DNA of 64,000 bases from Candidatus Altiarchaeota archaeon. Lineage in GTDB: Archaea; Altiarchaeota; Altiarchaeia; IMC4; SCGC-AAA252-I15. This document shows, piece after piece, positions 38,451 through 49,300 of this stretch (position 1 is the first letter of the stretch; each line of letters opens with the position of its first letter). Location of the stretch: positions 57,826 through 121,825 of the forward strand of contig JAZDMS010000001.1 in the NCBI GenBank assembly GCA_043800705.1. The letters run 5' to 3'. The notes beneath the pieces are model-generated. The model was given only the letters and a program-made list of their open reading frames with translations, had not been told where the DNA came from and did no database searches. Both the position numbers and the translations under genes were made by a program.

Positions 38451-38852
38451 TCAACTATTGGTCTTTTTACGCCTATAACCCCCGGTAACAGCTTCAGCAG
38501 CGTCTATCGGTTTGCCGCGATATGACATTATTCTTCCGCTTTTTTTCACGGCCTTTCCCTTGATGAATTCCATTGCCTCCTTCTTATCCAACTCTTGCAT
38601 CTGCGATTTTTTAAGAAGGAGCTGTATCCCATGGATGGTCGGCTGCCATTTTCGAAGGACTTGCAGGCCGAGTGAATCGACTTTCAGCCTGCTCAGATCA
38701 AGTTCTACGCAATCCCTGGATACTATCCATATGTCGCCGCCGGACTGAAGAAGGACGTGCTGCCCGAACATTTTATCTTCCCCCCCATATTCCCTCGACA
38801 GCTTTTCCGCGATCTTTTTTTTCTCCCTGCTGTTGAGTATCTTTAGGTTCAT
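38451..38852 (-). CDS. NIP7/PUA-like partner of the m5C methyltransferase
   Basis: Coupled to the NOP2 gene; LN..EKK.I..KL..YG and PTI.G.Q pattern. Confidence 0.6.
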   Translation of the reverse strand: MNLKILNSREKKKIAEKLSREYGGEDKMFGQHVLLQSGGDIWIVSRDCVELDLSRLKVDSLGLQVLRKWQPTIHGIQLLLKKSQMQELDKKEAMEFIKGKAVKKSGRIMSYRGKPIDAAEAVTGGYRRKKTNS

Positions 38853-39733
38853 TTTCTGAGCTTTGCGACGTAGAATCCTCCGGTGTCGTTGTCGTGGGGA
38901 TACAGCCTGGCGGTGTCTACGACCTCCCTTGCATACTCCCTGCCCCTCCAGTATTTGACTCCCGGATGTCTTCCGAATTTGCCCCTGATGGGCTCGACCC
39001 TCAATCCCCTTTCCTCCATTGCATGATCCACCACTTCCTCATTTTCTTCGGGGCTGAATGTGCAGGTGCTGTAGACTAGCGTTCCTCCTTCCTTTAACAG
39101 GTCTGCGGCCCTGATTATCAGCCGTTTTTGCAGTTCGGAACTTTGTTTCACCTTTTTCCTGGACCAGGTCGTCAGTGCTTCAGGATTGTCCCGAAGCTGG
39201 CCTGCATTGCTGCACGGTGCGTCAAGGAGCACCTTGTCGAACAGGATGTCCGGCTCCAGGCTCGCGCCGTCGTCCCATGACAATATTGTGTTGATCACGC
39301 CCATCCTATTGAGGTTGAACCTCAGGGACTTCAGCCTAGCATAATCGACGTCGTTGGCTACGATGCACCCCCCGTTTCCCATGAGTGCTGCCATATGCGT
39401 GCTCTTGCTCCCCGGAGCCGCCGAAAGATCCAATACAGTGTCGCCTTCCTGCGGGTCCAAGGCTTCCGCAGGCAGCATGCTGGCGGCTTCCTGCACGTAA
39501 ACGAGGCCCTGGAAATGCTCCACTGAGTCGCTGACCTGGGATGCCGAATAATGGCCTGCCGGGCACCATGGGATCCGTTCTCCAGAGAATTCAAAGGGAA
39601 AATCCAATTCAGCCTTTAGCGTGTTTATCCGGAAGCTCTGGCGAGCAGGCCTGTATGCGCATTCGAGGAATTCCTGGTATTCGTCGCGTAGGAGAATCCT
39701 CAGATCCTCCTCTAAACCGGCGGGTAAGTTCAT
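38849..39733 (-). CDS. RsmB/NOP2-family RNA m5C methyltransferase
   Basis: QEAASM, SAAPGSKS, DAPCS, YSTCT..EENE, GFYVAKL. Confidence 0.95.
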   Translation of the reverse strand: MNLPAGLEEDLRILLRDEYQEFLECAYRPARQSFRINTLKAELDFPFEFSGERIPWCPAGHYSASQVSDSVEHFQGLVYVQEAASMLPAEALDPQEGDTVLDLSAAPGSKSTHMAALMGNGGCIVANDVDYARLKSLRFNLNRMGVINTILSWDDGASLEPDILFDKVLLDAPCSNAGQLRDNPEALTTWSRKKVKQSSELQKRLIIRAADLLKEGGTLVYSTCTFSPEENEEVVDHAMEERGLRVEPIRGKFGRHPGVKYWRGREYAREVVDTARLYPHDNDTGGFYVAKLRK

Positions 39734-39786
39734 TTTTATTGTCTTATGTGGTTATACATAAACCATCATACTATTTGAGTGTTATC

Positions 39787-40197
39787 ATGGAATACAAGGT
39801 TGTTGTTTCGGACCCAAAGAACGGTAAATCCTATCAGCTGGATGTCAAGGACGAGCAGGCGAAGAAGATCAAAGGCAGGAAGATTGGCGAAGCAGTGGAC
39901 GGGTCGGCCGTAGGCCTCCCCGGCTACAAGCTCGAAGTCACAGGCGGCTCCGACAAGGGTGGCTTTCCGATGAAGGCAGGGGTCCACCTCGCAGGCGCCG
40001 TGAAGATCCTGATGGGCAACGGCGTCGGATACCATGCCGAAAAAGGACACAGGGCCAGAAGGCGCGTCCACGGCGAAGAGATCGGTGACAACATAATCCA
40101 AGTCAACACCAAAGTCGTAGAATACGGCGGCAAGTCGCTGGACGAATTGCTCGGAAAAGCAGTCGAAGCCAAGGATTCCGACAAAAAGGGTGAGTGA
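39787..40197 (+). CDS. rps6e: 30S ribosomal protein S6e
   Basis: [27 protein letters not shown]. Confidence 0.97.
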   Translation: MEYKVVVSDPKNGKSYQLDVKDEQAKKIKGRKIGEAVDGSAVGLPGYKLEVTGGSDKGGFPMKAGVHLAGAVKILMGNGVGYHAEKGHRARRRVHGEEIGDNIIQVNTKVVEYGGKSLDELLGKAVEAKDSDKKGE

Positions 40198-41411
40198 CTC
40201 TGATAAGGCAATCTGAGGTAAATATCGGTTTGGTCGGTCACGTTGACCATGGAAAGACGACCCTAACGAAGGCCTTATCCGGCAAATGGACCGACACCCA
40301 CAGCGAGGAGATACGCAGGGGAATCTCGATACGCCTCGGATACGCCGACATCGACATCTACAAGTGCGACAAATGCGGCAAGGATTACTCCTCCTACAAC
40401 ATCACACCCGACTGCAAAGGCTGCGGCGGCGGTGGGGCAAAATTCGTGAGAAGGGTATCTTTCGTAGACGCCCCCGGTCACGAGACGCTGATGGCGACCA
40501 TGCTTTCCGGCGCCGCCATAATGGATGGGGCCCTCCTTGTTATTGCGGCGAATGAGAAATGCCCCCAGGCACAGACCGCGGAACACCTTACCGCGTTGGA
40601 CAGCCTTGGGATCAAGAACATTGTAATCGCGCAGAACAAGGTGGATCTTGTCACAAAGGAGCAGGCGAAGCAGAATTTCAAGGAGATTAAGGCGTTCATA
40701 ACGGGCACATCGCTGGAGAATGCCCCGATCATTCCCATAGCGGCTCATTACGGCGTCAACATCGACGCGTTGATCCAGGCGATGGAGGAGTTCATCCCTA
40801 CTCCGACGCATGACCGTAAGCTCCCGGCAAGGATGTATATCGCACGCTCTTTTGACATAAACAAGCCGGGAACGGACGTCACGGAGCTGCTTGGCGGCGT
40901 CGTCGGAGGCTCCATCTTGCAGGGGGAGATCAAGGTGGGAGACGAGATCGAGCTTCGGCCAGGCATTAAGAAAAAGAACGTCTATAAGCCGATAACGACG
41001 AAGGTCGTAAGCCTGACGACAGGGGACATGAAAGTCGATGTGGTCATACCCGGCGGATTGATAGCCATAGGCACCGAGCTGGATCCGGCATTGACGAAAT
41101 CCGACAATCTCTCAGGCAACGTCGTCGGCAAACCTGGTACCCTTCCCCCCGTTCGTGAGATACTCAACCTCAACATCAAGCTACTGGACAAGCTTATCGG
41201 CTCAGACGAGCAGATCAAGCCGATATTGAAGGGGGAGCCCCTGATGCTGTCCGCCGGAAGCGCGGTCACAGTGGGCGTGGTGAACAACCCTGGTAAGGGG
41301 GAAATGACCCTGAAACTGCCTATATGTGCGGAAAAAGGCCAGAAGGTCGCCATCAGCCGCCGCGTCGGCGCCAGGTGGCACCTAATAGGATACGGCATAA
41401 TAAAGGATTGA
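40194..41411 (+). CDS. eif2g: Translation initiation factor aIF2 gamma
   Basis: [38 protein letters not shown]. Confidence 0.98.
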   Translation: MTLIRQSEVNIGLVGHVDHGKTTLTKALSGKWTDTHSEEIRRGISIRLGYADIDIYKCDKCGKDYSSYNITPDCKGCGGGGAKFVRRVSFVDAPGHETLMATMLSGAAIMDGALLVIAANEKCPQAQTAEHLTALDSLGIKNIVIAQNKVDLVTKEQAKQNFKEIKAFITGTSLENAPIIPIAAHYGVNIDALIQAMEEFIPTPTHDRKLPARMYIARSFDINKPGTDVTELLGGVVGGSILQGEIKVGDEIELRPGIKKKNVYKPITTKVVSLTTGDMKVDVVIPGGLIAIGTELDPALTKSDNLSGNVVGKPGTLPPVREILNLNIKLLDKLIGSDEQIKPILKGEPLMLSAGSAVTVGVVNNPGKGEMTLKLPICAEKGQKVAISRRVGARWHLIGYGIIKD

Positions 41412-41413
41412 CC

Positions 41414-41791
41414 ATGACAACGGTCCTCCTGGACACGAACGCACTCCTCATGCCCCACCAGAATGGGGTTGACGTATTCTCAGAAATAGATCGGATACTC
41501 GCGGAAACGCACGAGGTAGTGACCCTCTCTACAGTCGTCGAAGAGCTGAAGGGGCTGTCCGGTTCCTCATCAGAAGATGGCGCAGCCGCGAGGATAGGCC
41601 TAAAACTGCTACTGGAGAAAAAGATACGGATTGTCCCGGCTACTGGCGAAGTGGATGACGCGATAGTCGAATACTCCGGAAAAAACAACGTAGTTGTCTG
41701 CACCAACGACAAGGTGCTGAAGAGGCGCCTGAAGTCTAGGGGGGTACGGACGATATGCCTTCGGGGCGGGACCCACCTCGGGCTTATCTAG
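41414..41791 (+). CDS. Fcf1/Utp24-like PIN-domain protein
   Basis: LDTNAL, V.EEL, DD.I, TND..L; conserved position after eif2g. Confidence 0.9.
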   Translation: MTTVLLDTNALLMPHQNGVDVFSEIDRILAETHEVVTLSTVVEELKGLSGSSSEDGAAARIGLKLLLEKKIRIVPATGEVDDAIVEYSGKNNVVVCTNDKVLKRRLKSRGVRTICLRGGTHLGLI

Positions 41792-41902
41792 GCCCTTTAT
41801 AAAGCACACCTGCATAATACTATAGTCTCGTATGCACTTGGCTTTAGGCACTTGCACTGTCTTGGGCCAGGGAAGGAGTATAAATCTGAGCGTGCAGTTG
41901 AG

Positions 41903-42544
41903 ATGTACAAGGTATTTACGGTTTCGGACACGGTACGGGTTCCCCCTAAGAGGTTTAACGAGGATTTGAACATAGTGATAACGCAGGAGCTGGAGACGAT
42001 GGTCGTCGGCAGGATCGACAAGGTCCTTGGTATCGTCCTGGCTGTTACGGACATACTCGAAGTCGGCGAAGGCAAAATCATCCTCGGTGACGGCGCGATA
42101 TATTACGGCGTCAAATTCAAGGTCATGGCATACCAGCCGGTCATCAACGAAGTCGTTGAAGGCTCCGTGACCGAGGTGACTGAATTTGGCGCGTTCGTGA
42201 ATTTCGGGCCGATAGACGGCCTCATACACGTCAGCCAGATAACGGAGGACTTCATGAGCTACGACCAGAAGAACTCGGCGTTTGTGGGCAGGGAATCCAA
42301 CAAGATACTAAAGGTCGGAGAGCTCGTGAGGGCCAGGATTGTCACTGTCAGCGTGAAGTCGAGGGTTTCGGATTCGAAAATCGGCTTGACGATGAGGCAG
42401 CCATATCTGGGCAAGCTCGAATGGATCGAGGAAGACCAGAGGAAGGCGGCCGAAAAGGCAGCAGGCATGGTCTCCTCGGAGACGTCCCCTGCCAAGGATA
42501 AGCCGAAGAAGGAGAAGAAAGGCAGGAAGGAGGCCGAGCGGTGA
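41903..42544 (+). CDS. rpoE1: RNA polymerase subunit E' (Rpo7)
   Basis: VRVPP, GDGA, GPIDGLIHVSQ, IGLTMRQPYLGK.EW. Confidence 0.97.
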   Translation: MYKVFTVSDTVRVPPKRFNEDLNIVITQELETMVVGRIDKVLGIVLAVTDILEVGEGKIILGDGAIYYGVKFKVMAYQPVINEVVEGSVTEVTEFGAFVNFGPIDGLIHVSQITEDFMSYDQKNSAFVGRESNKILKVGELVRARIVTVSVKSRVSDSKIGLTMRQPYLGKLEWIEEDQRKAAEKAAGMVSSETSPAKDKPKKEKKGRKEAER

Positions 42545-42717
42545 GGGCCTGCAAATTATGCCTCAGGATAAGCGAAGAGGAACGCTGCCCGGTGTGCCAC
42601 GGAGCCACCAGCCAGTATTGGAGCGGATACCTCGCGGTGCTGGACCCAGAGAACAGCCAGATCGCGAAGAAGATGGAGTTTAAGACTCCCGGCCAATATG
42701 CCCTGAAAGTGAGGTAG
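42541..42717 (+). CDS. spt4: Transcription elongation factor Spt4 (RpoE''); absent from the ORF track
   Basis: GTG start; ACKLC..CPVC..WSG..DPENSQIAKK..PGQYALKVR*. Confidence 0.95.
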   Translation: MRACKLCLRISEEERCPVCHGATSQYWSGYLAVLDPENSQIAKKMEFKTPGQYALKVR

Positions 42718-42720
42718 GGG

Positions 42721-43209
42721 ATGAAGCTGACGCCTGCCCTCAGGGAGGTGTTGAAGAAACCGCTCGGGCAGATAATGGCCGACCCGGCGCAGATATCAAA
42801 GGACGCCGTCCTTGTCTGCGTGGGAGACACGGCCTCGGACAGGCTGATATCGGCCGGTTATCGGCCGAAGTTGGCCGTCTATGACGGGATGACCCGGCGA
42901 AAACCCGTCGGGGTGTCGAAGGCGATAAGCTCATACGATGCGCCCGAGCATCGGATTAAAAACCCGGCAGGCCACGTGGAAGAGGCTGTATTCAGGCTCT
43001 TCAGGACGCTTCTGGAGGGCCGTTCCCCAAGCAGGGTTTTCGTCGAAGGCGAGGAGGATTTAACGGCCCTTGCCGCGATAGCAGAGGCAGAGAATGGGAC
43101 GGTGGTCGCATATGGCCAGCCCGACGAGGGCTTGGTTGTCGTGCGCGTCGACGATGAGGTTAAGGATAAGGTAAAAAAAATTTTAGAGGAGATGGAAGAT
43201 GGAAGTTGA
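42721..43209 (+). CDS. GTP-dependent dephospho-CoA kinase (DUF359)
   Basis: LKKPLG, VGD, NPAG, GEEDL, YGQPDEG. Confidence 0.92.
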   Translation: MKLTPALREVLKKPLGQIMADPAQISKDAVLVCVGDTASDRLISAGYRPKLAVYDGMTRRKPVGVSKAISSYDAPEHRIKNPAGHVEEAVFRLFRTLLEGRSPSRVFVEGEEDLTALAAIAEAENGTVVAYGQPDEGLVVVRVDDEVKDKVKKILEEMEDGS

Positions 43210-43537
43210 AGTGTTATCGGACCGGAAGAATCCCCTGCTCAAGAGGAGGGAGGTAAAAATTAAGGTTTCCTTCCAGGGAATGACGCCCAAGAGGATGGAT
43301 GTAAGGAGTAAAGTCGTGGCCGTTCTGAACTCCGACAAGGAGTTGACGGTCCTTGATGCACTGGAGCCTGAATTCGGGGCGCAGCTCGCTCAGGGCTACG
43401 TCAAGGTCTACGACGACAAGAAGGCGATGAGTATAGAGCCAAAGTACAAGCTTTACAGGAATTTCCCGGAGATGAAGGAGGTTGACAAGGCGGCTGCGGC
43501 TTCAAAGCAGGCGCCTAAGACGGAGGGCGGTGCATAA
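43199..43537 (+). CDS. rps24e: 30S ribosomal protein S24e
   Basis: NPLLKRRE, TPKR, FG..GYVKVY. Confidence 0.95.
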   Translation: MEVEVLSDRKNPLLKRREVKIKVSFQGMTPKRMDVRSKVVAVLNSDKELTVLDALEPEFGAQLAQGYVKVYDDKKAMSIEPKYKLYRNFPEMKEVDKAAAASKQAPKTEGGA

Positions 43538-43758
43538 TGGCAAGACCGGACAAGAAAGGCAAGGATTCGTCGACGAAGAAGAAGAAGGGGGGCAAGCGCC
43601 CTCAGAAGAAGTGGACCCTCTTTGACATATCCGGCGACACCGTCGTCAGGAAGAACAAGAGCTGTCCCAAGTGCGGCATAGGCGTCTACCTGGCCAATCA
43701 CAAGGACCGCCTCAGCTGCGGAAAGTGCGGCTACATGGAATATGTGAAGAAGGCGTAA
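43537..43758 (+). CDS. rps27ae: 30S ribosomal protein S27ae
   Basis: CPKCG.GVYLANHKDRLSCGKCGY. Confidence 0.96.
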   Translation: MARPDKKGKDSSTKKKKGGKRPQKKWTLFDISGDTVVRKNKSCPKCGIGVYLANHKDRLSCGKCGYMEYVKKA

Positions 43759-43818
43759 TTGTCGCCTCTTCATTGTTCTTTTTCCTTATTATCCCCTTTT
43801 GTTCCTATTCTTCATCCT

Positions 43819-44373
43819 ATGCGCGTCGTCGGCTTGGATCTGGCAGGGATCCAAAAGAACGGGACCGGTTACTGCCTCCTTCTGGAAAGCGGGGGTAAAA
43901 AGACAGTTTCAACGCGTATCCTGCACTCCGACGCGGAGATAATCGACGCCTTAAAATGTGATTCGCCCCTTGATCTTGTGGCAGTCGATGCCCCCCTAAA
44001 ATACGACGGAAACCGCCGCGGATGCGACGACATCCTAAATGGATACGGCGCCTTGCCTGTGAGCCTGCGGGGCATGGAGACGCTCGCCAAAAGGGGGAAG
44101 GCTTTTGCAGACGAGCTAACTGTATCCGGCTTCAAATTCATCGAGGTGCATTCCGTTTCGTCTGCGAAGATCCTCGGGATCCACCATAAGGGCGATTTTC
44201 CTATGCAGAAGGCCATGATGGGTTTGGACCTTGAAGGGGACCTGAACTCGAGGATACTCCTGCGGGACGAACTGGACGCAGTAGCCGCGGCGGTGACCGC
44301 ATACCTCCATCTGATCGGACATACGAAGAATGTCGGGGACTGCAGGGGGGAGATCGTCATCCCAGCAGTCTGA
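43819..44373 (+). CDS. DUF429-family RNase H-like predicted nuclease
   Basis: VGLDLAG, AVDAPL, R.CD, IEVH, DELDA. Confidence 0.85.
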   Translation: MRVVGLDLAGIQKNGTGYCLLLESGGKKTVSTRILHSDAEIIDALKCDSPLDLVAVDAPLKYDGNRRGCDDILNGYGALPVSLRGMETLAKRGKAFADELTVSGFKFIEVHSVSSAKILGIHHKGDFPMQKAMMGLDLEGDLNSRILLRDELDAVAAAVTAYLHLIGHTKNVGDCRGEIVIPAV

Positions 44374-44413
44374 AGGAAACTGCATATAAAACCCCCGGCA
44401 CAATACTATACAT

Positions 44414-45790
44414 ATGCCAGAATACGGGACAATAATCGTAGGCGCGGGCCCGGCAGGCCTTTTCGCGGCCTATAAGCTGGCCGTAGCTGGCCGCAGCGTG
44501 CTTCTGATAGACGAAGGCAAGGACGTCGGCGACAGGCACTGCCCGCAGATCGAACATGGTCACTGCCTGAACTGCTCGCCCTGCTCTGTGATGTCCGGCG
44601 TCGGCGGAGCAGGACTGTGGTCGGACGGGATGCTGAACCTCAGACCGGACGTCGGAGGCGACCTGAAGGAGCAGACCGGCAGCGACGAGAAGGCATGGGC
44701 CCTCGTCAAGGAGGTCGACGACATATTCGTGCGGCACGGGGCGCCTTCGAAGACCTACGGCGGGGACGAGAAGAAGATCGAGGCGCTGAAGAGACGGTGC
44801 GCCTCCGACGACATAAAGTTCATAGACATAATCCAGCGGCATATGGGGACCGATACGACCCCCGCGGTCATCGGTTCGATCGAGGCATTCCTCAGGTCCA
44901 AGGGGGTCGAATTCCTCCTTTGCACGCACGTCGACGACATAGTCGTTGAAAACGGCAGATGCGTCGGAGTCATGGCTGGTTCAAAGGAGGTCCGGGGGGA
45001 AAACGTGATATTGGCTCCCGGCAGGATCGGGGCGAAATGGGTGGACGCTCTTGTGAAAAGGCACGGAATCAAGGCTGGATTCGGGCCGATAGACGTAGGC
45101 GTCAGGGTCGAGGTGCCTTCGCTCATTATGGATTCAGTGATTGACGTCAACAGGGACCCCAAATTCCACATACGCACGAGCACGTACGACGACTTCGTGC
45201 GCACATTCTGCACGAACCACAACGGCTGGGTCGTGAAGGAGACATATGACGACGGCCTGATCGGCGTCAACGGCCACAGCAATACGAACGGGAAGTCGGG
45301 GAACACAAACTTCGCATTCCTCGTCCGGGTCGAGCTGACGGGGCCTGTCGAGGACTCGGTCGAATACGGGAAGGCTGTCGCGGACCTGGCGACTACCATC
45401 GGCGGGGGCAAGCCCACCATACAGAGGCTCGGCGACCTGAGGAAGGGCAGGCGTTCCGAGGAGCACAACATACTAAACAATCCGTTCCCGAACACTCTTA
45501 AGGACGTCACACCCGGTGACATATCGCTTGCGCTCCCCCACCGGATAGTCACCGACATCATTGAAGGGCTCGAGCGGCTCAATATAGTGATTCCGGGCGT
45601 CCATTCGGATTCCACATTCCTTTACGCGCCGGAGATAAAGTTCTACAGTATGAGGGTCTGGTACGGACGCGACCTGCAATCCAGCATCCCCGGATTATAT
45701 GTCGCAGGGGACGGTGTCGGGCTGAGCAGGGACATAGTCAACTCGGCAGCCACCGGCATCATGGCTGCAGAGGGAATACTCGGAAAATGA
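44414..45790 (+). CDS. FAD-dependent oxidoreductase (COG2509-like)
   Basis: GAGPAG, C..C.PC, GVGGAGLWSDG, VRTFC, NGHS, APEIKFYS, AGDG.G.SR. Confidence 0.9.
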   Translation: MPEYGTIIVGAGPAGLFAAYKLAVAGRSVLLIDEGKDVGDRHCPQIEHGHCLNCSPCSVMSGVGGAGLWSDGMLNLRPDVGGDLKEQTGSDEKAWALVKEVDDIFVRHGAPSKTYGGDEKKIEALKRRCASDDIKFIDIIQRHMGTDTTPAVIGSIEAFLRSKGVEFLLCTHVDDIVVENGRCVGVMAGSKEVRGENVILAPGRIGAKWVDALVKRHGIKAGFGPIDVGVRVEVPSLIMDSVIDVNRDPKFHIRTSTYDDFVRTFCTNHNGWVVKETYDDGLIGVNGHSNTNGKSGNTNFAFLVRVELTGPVEDSVEYGKAVADLATTIGGGKPTIQRLGDLRKGRRSEEHNILNNPFPNTLKDVTPGDISLALPHRIVTDIIEGLERLNIVIPGVHSDSTFLYAPEIKFYSMRVWYGRDLQSSIPGLYVAGDGVGLSRDIVNSAATGIMAAEGILGK

Positions 45791-46296
45791 TTACGGTATT
45801 GCGCCTCGGCCACCGGTTCAGCCGCGACGCGAGGATTAGCACGCATCTGGCCCTCACCGCCAGGGCATTCGGTGCGGACAGGATCGTCTACGACGCGAAG
45901 GCATCCGGCGTAAAGGAGAGCGTGGATGCGATAACATCATCATTTGGCGGCGATTTCTCCGTTGAGTTCACCTCCGGCTGGAGGCGGTTCATCGGCGGCT
46001 TCGACGGGACCAAGGTTCATTTGACGATGTATGGGATGCCGTTGCCTGATGTCGTAGCCGATATCCGGCCTGCCAAAGAGGTCCTACTGGTCGTGGGAGG
46101 GGCGAAAGTGCCGTCCGATGTGTACGGGATGGTCGACTATAACGTGGCAGTCGGGGGCCAGCCGCATTCGGAGGTCGCGGCATTGGCAGTATTCCTCGAC
46201 AGGTTCCTTGACGGGTCGGGGTTGAGGAAGGAATTCAACGGAAGAAAACGTATCGTTCCGCAGTTGCGGGGCAAGAAAGTGATAGCGTCGGATTGA
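45787..46296 (+). CDS. trm56: tRNA (cytidine-56-2'-O)-methyltransferase aTrm56
   Basis: LRLGHR..RD.RISTH..LTARAFGA, HLTMYG, QPHSEVAALAVFLD. Confidence 0.96.
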   Translation: MITVLRLGHRFSRDARISTHLALTARAFGADRIVYDAKASGVKESVDAITSSFGGDFSVEFTSGWRRFIGGFDGTKVHLTMYGMPLPDVVADIRPAKEVLLVVGGAKVPSDVYGMVDYNVAVGGQPHSEVAALAVFLDRFLDGSGLRKEFNGRKRIVPQLRGKKVIASD

Positions 46297-46300
46297 ACAT

Positions 46301-49300
46301 TTACTGCATCGGCGTCTCGTCCTTGTCTTCTAGCATCTCCTCCATGTGCTTTCCTGCGGACTTGTGCCTCCTGTGGGGGGTATAGGATGATGAAACCATG
46401 GCGCTCATGAGGTCCTGCCATTTATCGGTGTCCTTGGCTTTGTCAGCCTCCATCGCGGGTTCTGGTTCTTTGAAGCCTCCGCCTTGGCCGCCGGCCCCCG
46501 ACGCCCCCTCAAGGTTGTCGGATCCCATGCCTGGCAGCCATTGTTGTTTTAGTCCCTTGTCTTCCTTTTTACCCGAGTCGGATGCTTCGGCGGGGGTTTC
46601 TCCTGCTGCGCTTGCAGGACTGCCTGTTTTTACGTCTGGGGCGGCTGAGCCTGTCGTTCCCTCGGCAGCCGATGCGTTTGCGGGAGATTCTTCGGCTTTT
46701 TTGCCGTCTTCTTCCGGCTCCATCCCGGGTAACCACCTCTGCTTGTCTTTGTCAGGTGATTGGGCGGGCTTTTTCGGTTCCATCCCGGGAAGCCATCTCT
46801 GGCGGTCGCCTGCTCCCGTGGATTTAGGCATGCTCTCGGCTTCTGGCTTTGAGCTGCCTTCGGTTTCGGGACTGCCTCCGGCCTCAGTGCCCGCGGCCTT
46901 TTCCCCAGTCTTTTCTGGTTCCATTTCAGGGAAAAACTTCTGCCTATCTTTTCCCGCTTCAGTCCCTGTCGCGCCCTCTTTATTAGCCATAGTCGACGTT
47001 CCCCTGTATGCTTCGTCGAATTCCCTGAATCCCCTGCCCAGCGCGCCGACCCTTCCCGGCGCATGGATTAGCGCACTTCCCGTCGCTACTACTGGGGCCA
47101 GGCCCCCGGTCATCAGCGTCTTGGCGCCCATAGCCGGAAGAGTTGCGAATGTGAACTTTGCCAGGGAAGTTCCCGCCCTGACCGCCATGTTGGCGGCTTT
47201 TCCTCCTATGAACCATCCAAGCTGCGCTCCCTGCAGCTGGTTCAATGCCTGCCCGGTAGCCTTGAATCCTGTCGTTGAGAAACCCTGCATAAAGGCTTTG
47301 CTGTTGGGGTTCTCCTTCATGAACTGCCCTAATCCCGCGCCGACTCCCGTACCCTGCATTAACTTCTTTCCAGCATAGAGCGCCATAGCCGCCGGAGCAA
47401 GGGCGGCGAACGGGGTGAGGCTGAGGCCCATGCCTATCCCAAGGGCGATTGCGCCGGTCGTCATCAGGCCCTTCAAGGATCCGCCGACGGTCAACCGCGA
47501 CAGGTGGGCAGACAGCCCCCTCGTGAATGCGTTCGCATCCTTCGACATGGTCCCTTTGCCTTCGAACAGCCTCTTATTCGCGATGCTAGGGATGGCATTC
47601 GCCGCCTTCCCGAGCGGAGACCCGATTCTCCTATGAGCGTATCCGAAGAGACCCCTCAGAGACATGTAATTCTTCTGGATACTGTCCGCTTTGGCGACTC
47701 CTCTCCCTATCATCCCCACGACTCCGCCCCCTTCCATGTACTTCCTGAAGGCGCCCTTCTCCTTCTGACCTGTGACCTGTGACTTTTTTGCCGCCTTCGA
47801 TTTGTTAGCTTCACCTAATGTCTTGGCAGCCCCCGCGAAGAGGTTATCGTCGGAGCTTTCAGCCTGGTCCGGGTCTCTGGCTAGCTTGCCCGCACCCTTG
47901 GCGAGGTTTCCTCCGAGTTTGCCTGCGCTCTTCAGCGACTTCTTCATGACAGTGCCGCTTGCCCCCTCCAGCTTTTCTCCGGCTTTGCCAACGAGCTTGC
48001 CGGCGCCGCTGGGCAGCTTCCCTGCAAGGGCTTGGAGTCCGCGGCCTGCAGCCCTCAACGGATTCAACGCTCCCGCCGCAAGCTTCAGACCCTTGGCGCT
48101 TTTGCCTGCCGCATTGGCCTTGTCAGCCATAGCGAACAGGGCCTTGCTCGGCGAACTGACGGCTTCCATGGCCTTTCCCACCTTGCCTACGGCAGCAGAG
48201 AGTCCTCTCCCGATGCCCCCTCCCGCCGCCTTCGCTCCTGAAGTGGCTGCAGTTGTAGACGCCTTGACCGCAGTTCCTGCGGCCCCCTCAAGGCCCTTTG
48301 TTGCCGTCTGGACTGCGTTGGGTAATCCTTTTACCAGGCTTTTGCCTGCTCCCTGGATTCCCTTCTTTGCGAGCCCCATCCCCATCTTCATCCCCACGTT
48401 GGCGATGGAACCAGCCGCCTTACTGACCATTTTTATGGCAGCCCCCAGAACCTTTCCTGTGGCCTTCGTTGCTTCGCCTGATGCCTGCAATGCGGTATTT
48501 GCAGACGTTCCGACTGCCAATGATGCACCTAACGTTGGGATAGCACCTAATTTTCCGGCTGCGTCCGTCGCCTGTCCCACTGCTTTCTGGCCTTCACCTG
48601 CTGCATCCATTCCCCCTTCGATCGTTGATCCTCCGGCTTTCCCTGCCGCCTCTATCCCCTTCCCCAGCGAACTTCCTCCTTTGGATTCGTCCCCCAATTT
48701 TACAAGTTGATCCTTAATATCGCCTTTGGATTCTTCTGCATTGGCGCCGCTCATGAAACCCCCCAGGTTCGGGGCGGGTCCGCCGCCTCCCGTTCCTGAC
48801 GCGCCGTCCATGCCTGGAACTCCTCCCTGGCCTCCGCTCGTGGCCTTGCTCAACGCGCCTGAGAATCTCTCGGCCCCTACCTTCAACCCAGCCATTACTA
48901 GGCCTTCTGCGGAATCGGATTGCATGATCTGGCCAATGGCGACCATTGAGGCGCCTTTTGCCCCCCCCGTCAACATCCCTATGCTTGTGAAAACGGCCCC
49001 CATGGTCTCGAGGGTGCCTGTTATGATGAGCGGCGAGATCACGATCATGGACATGAACACGATGGTGAAGGAAAGATTGCTGAGTACGTCCGACATCCCC
49101 TGGTTCATCAGGACTACTGCCACGATGATCCAGACAGACATGATCACGGGCACGAGCGCCCATGTTATGCTGTATTTCAGGAATTTCCTGCCCAGGCTCT
49201 TGCTGAAGTCGAAGAGGTACAGGAAGATGGTGAGCGGCATGAGGATTCCGAAAAAAATGACCAGCATCTCCCTGAGGAAAATTATCGTTACCGCAAGGAT

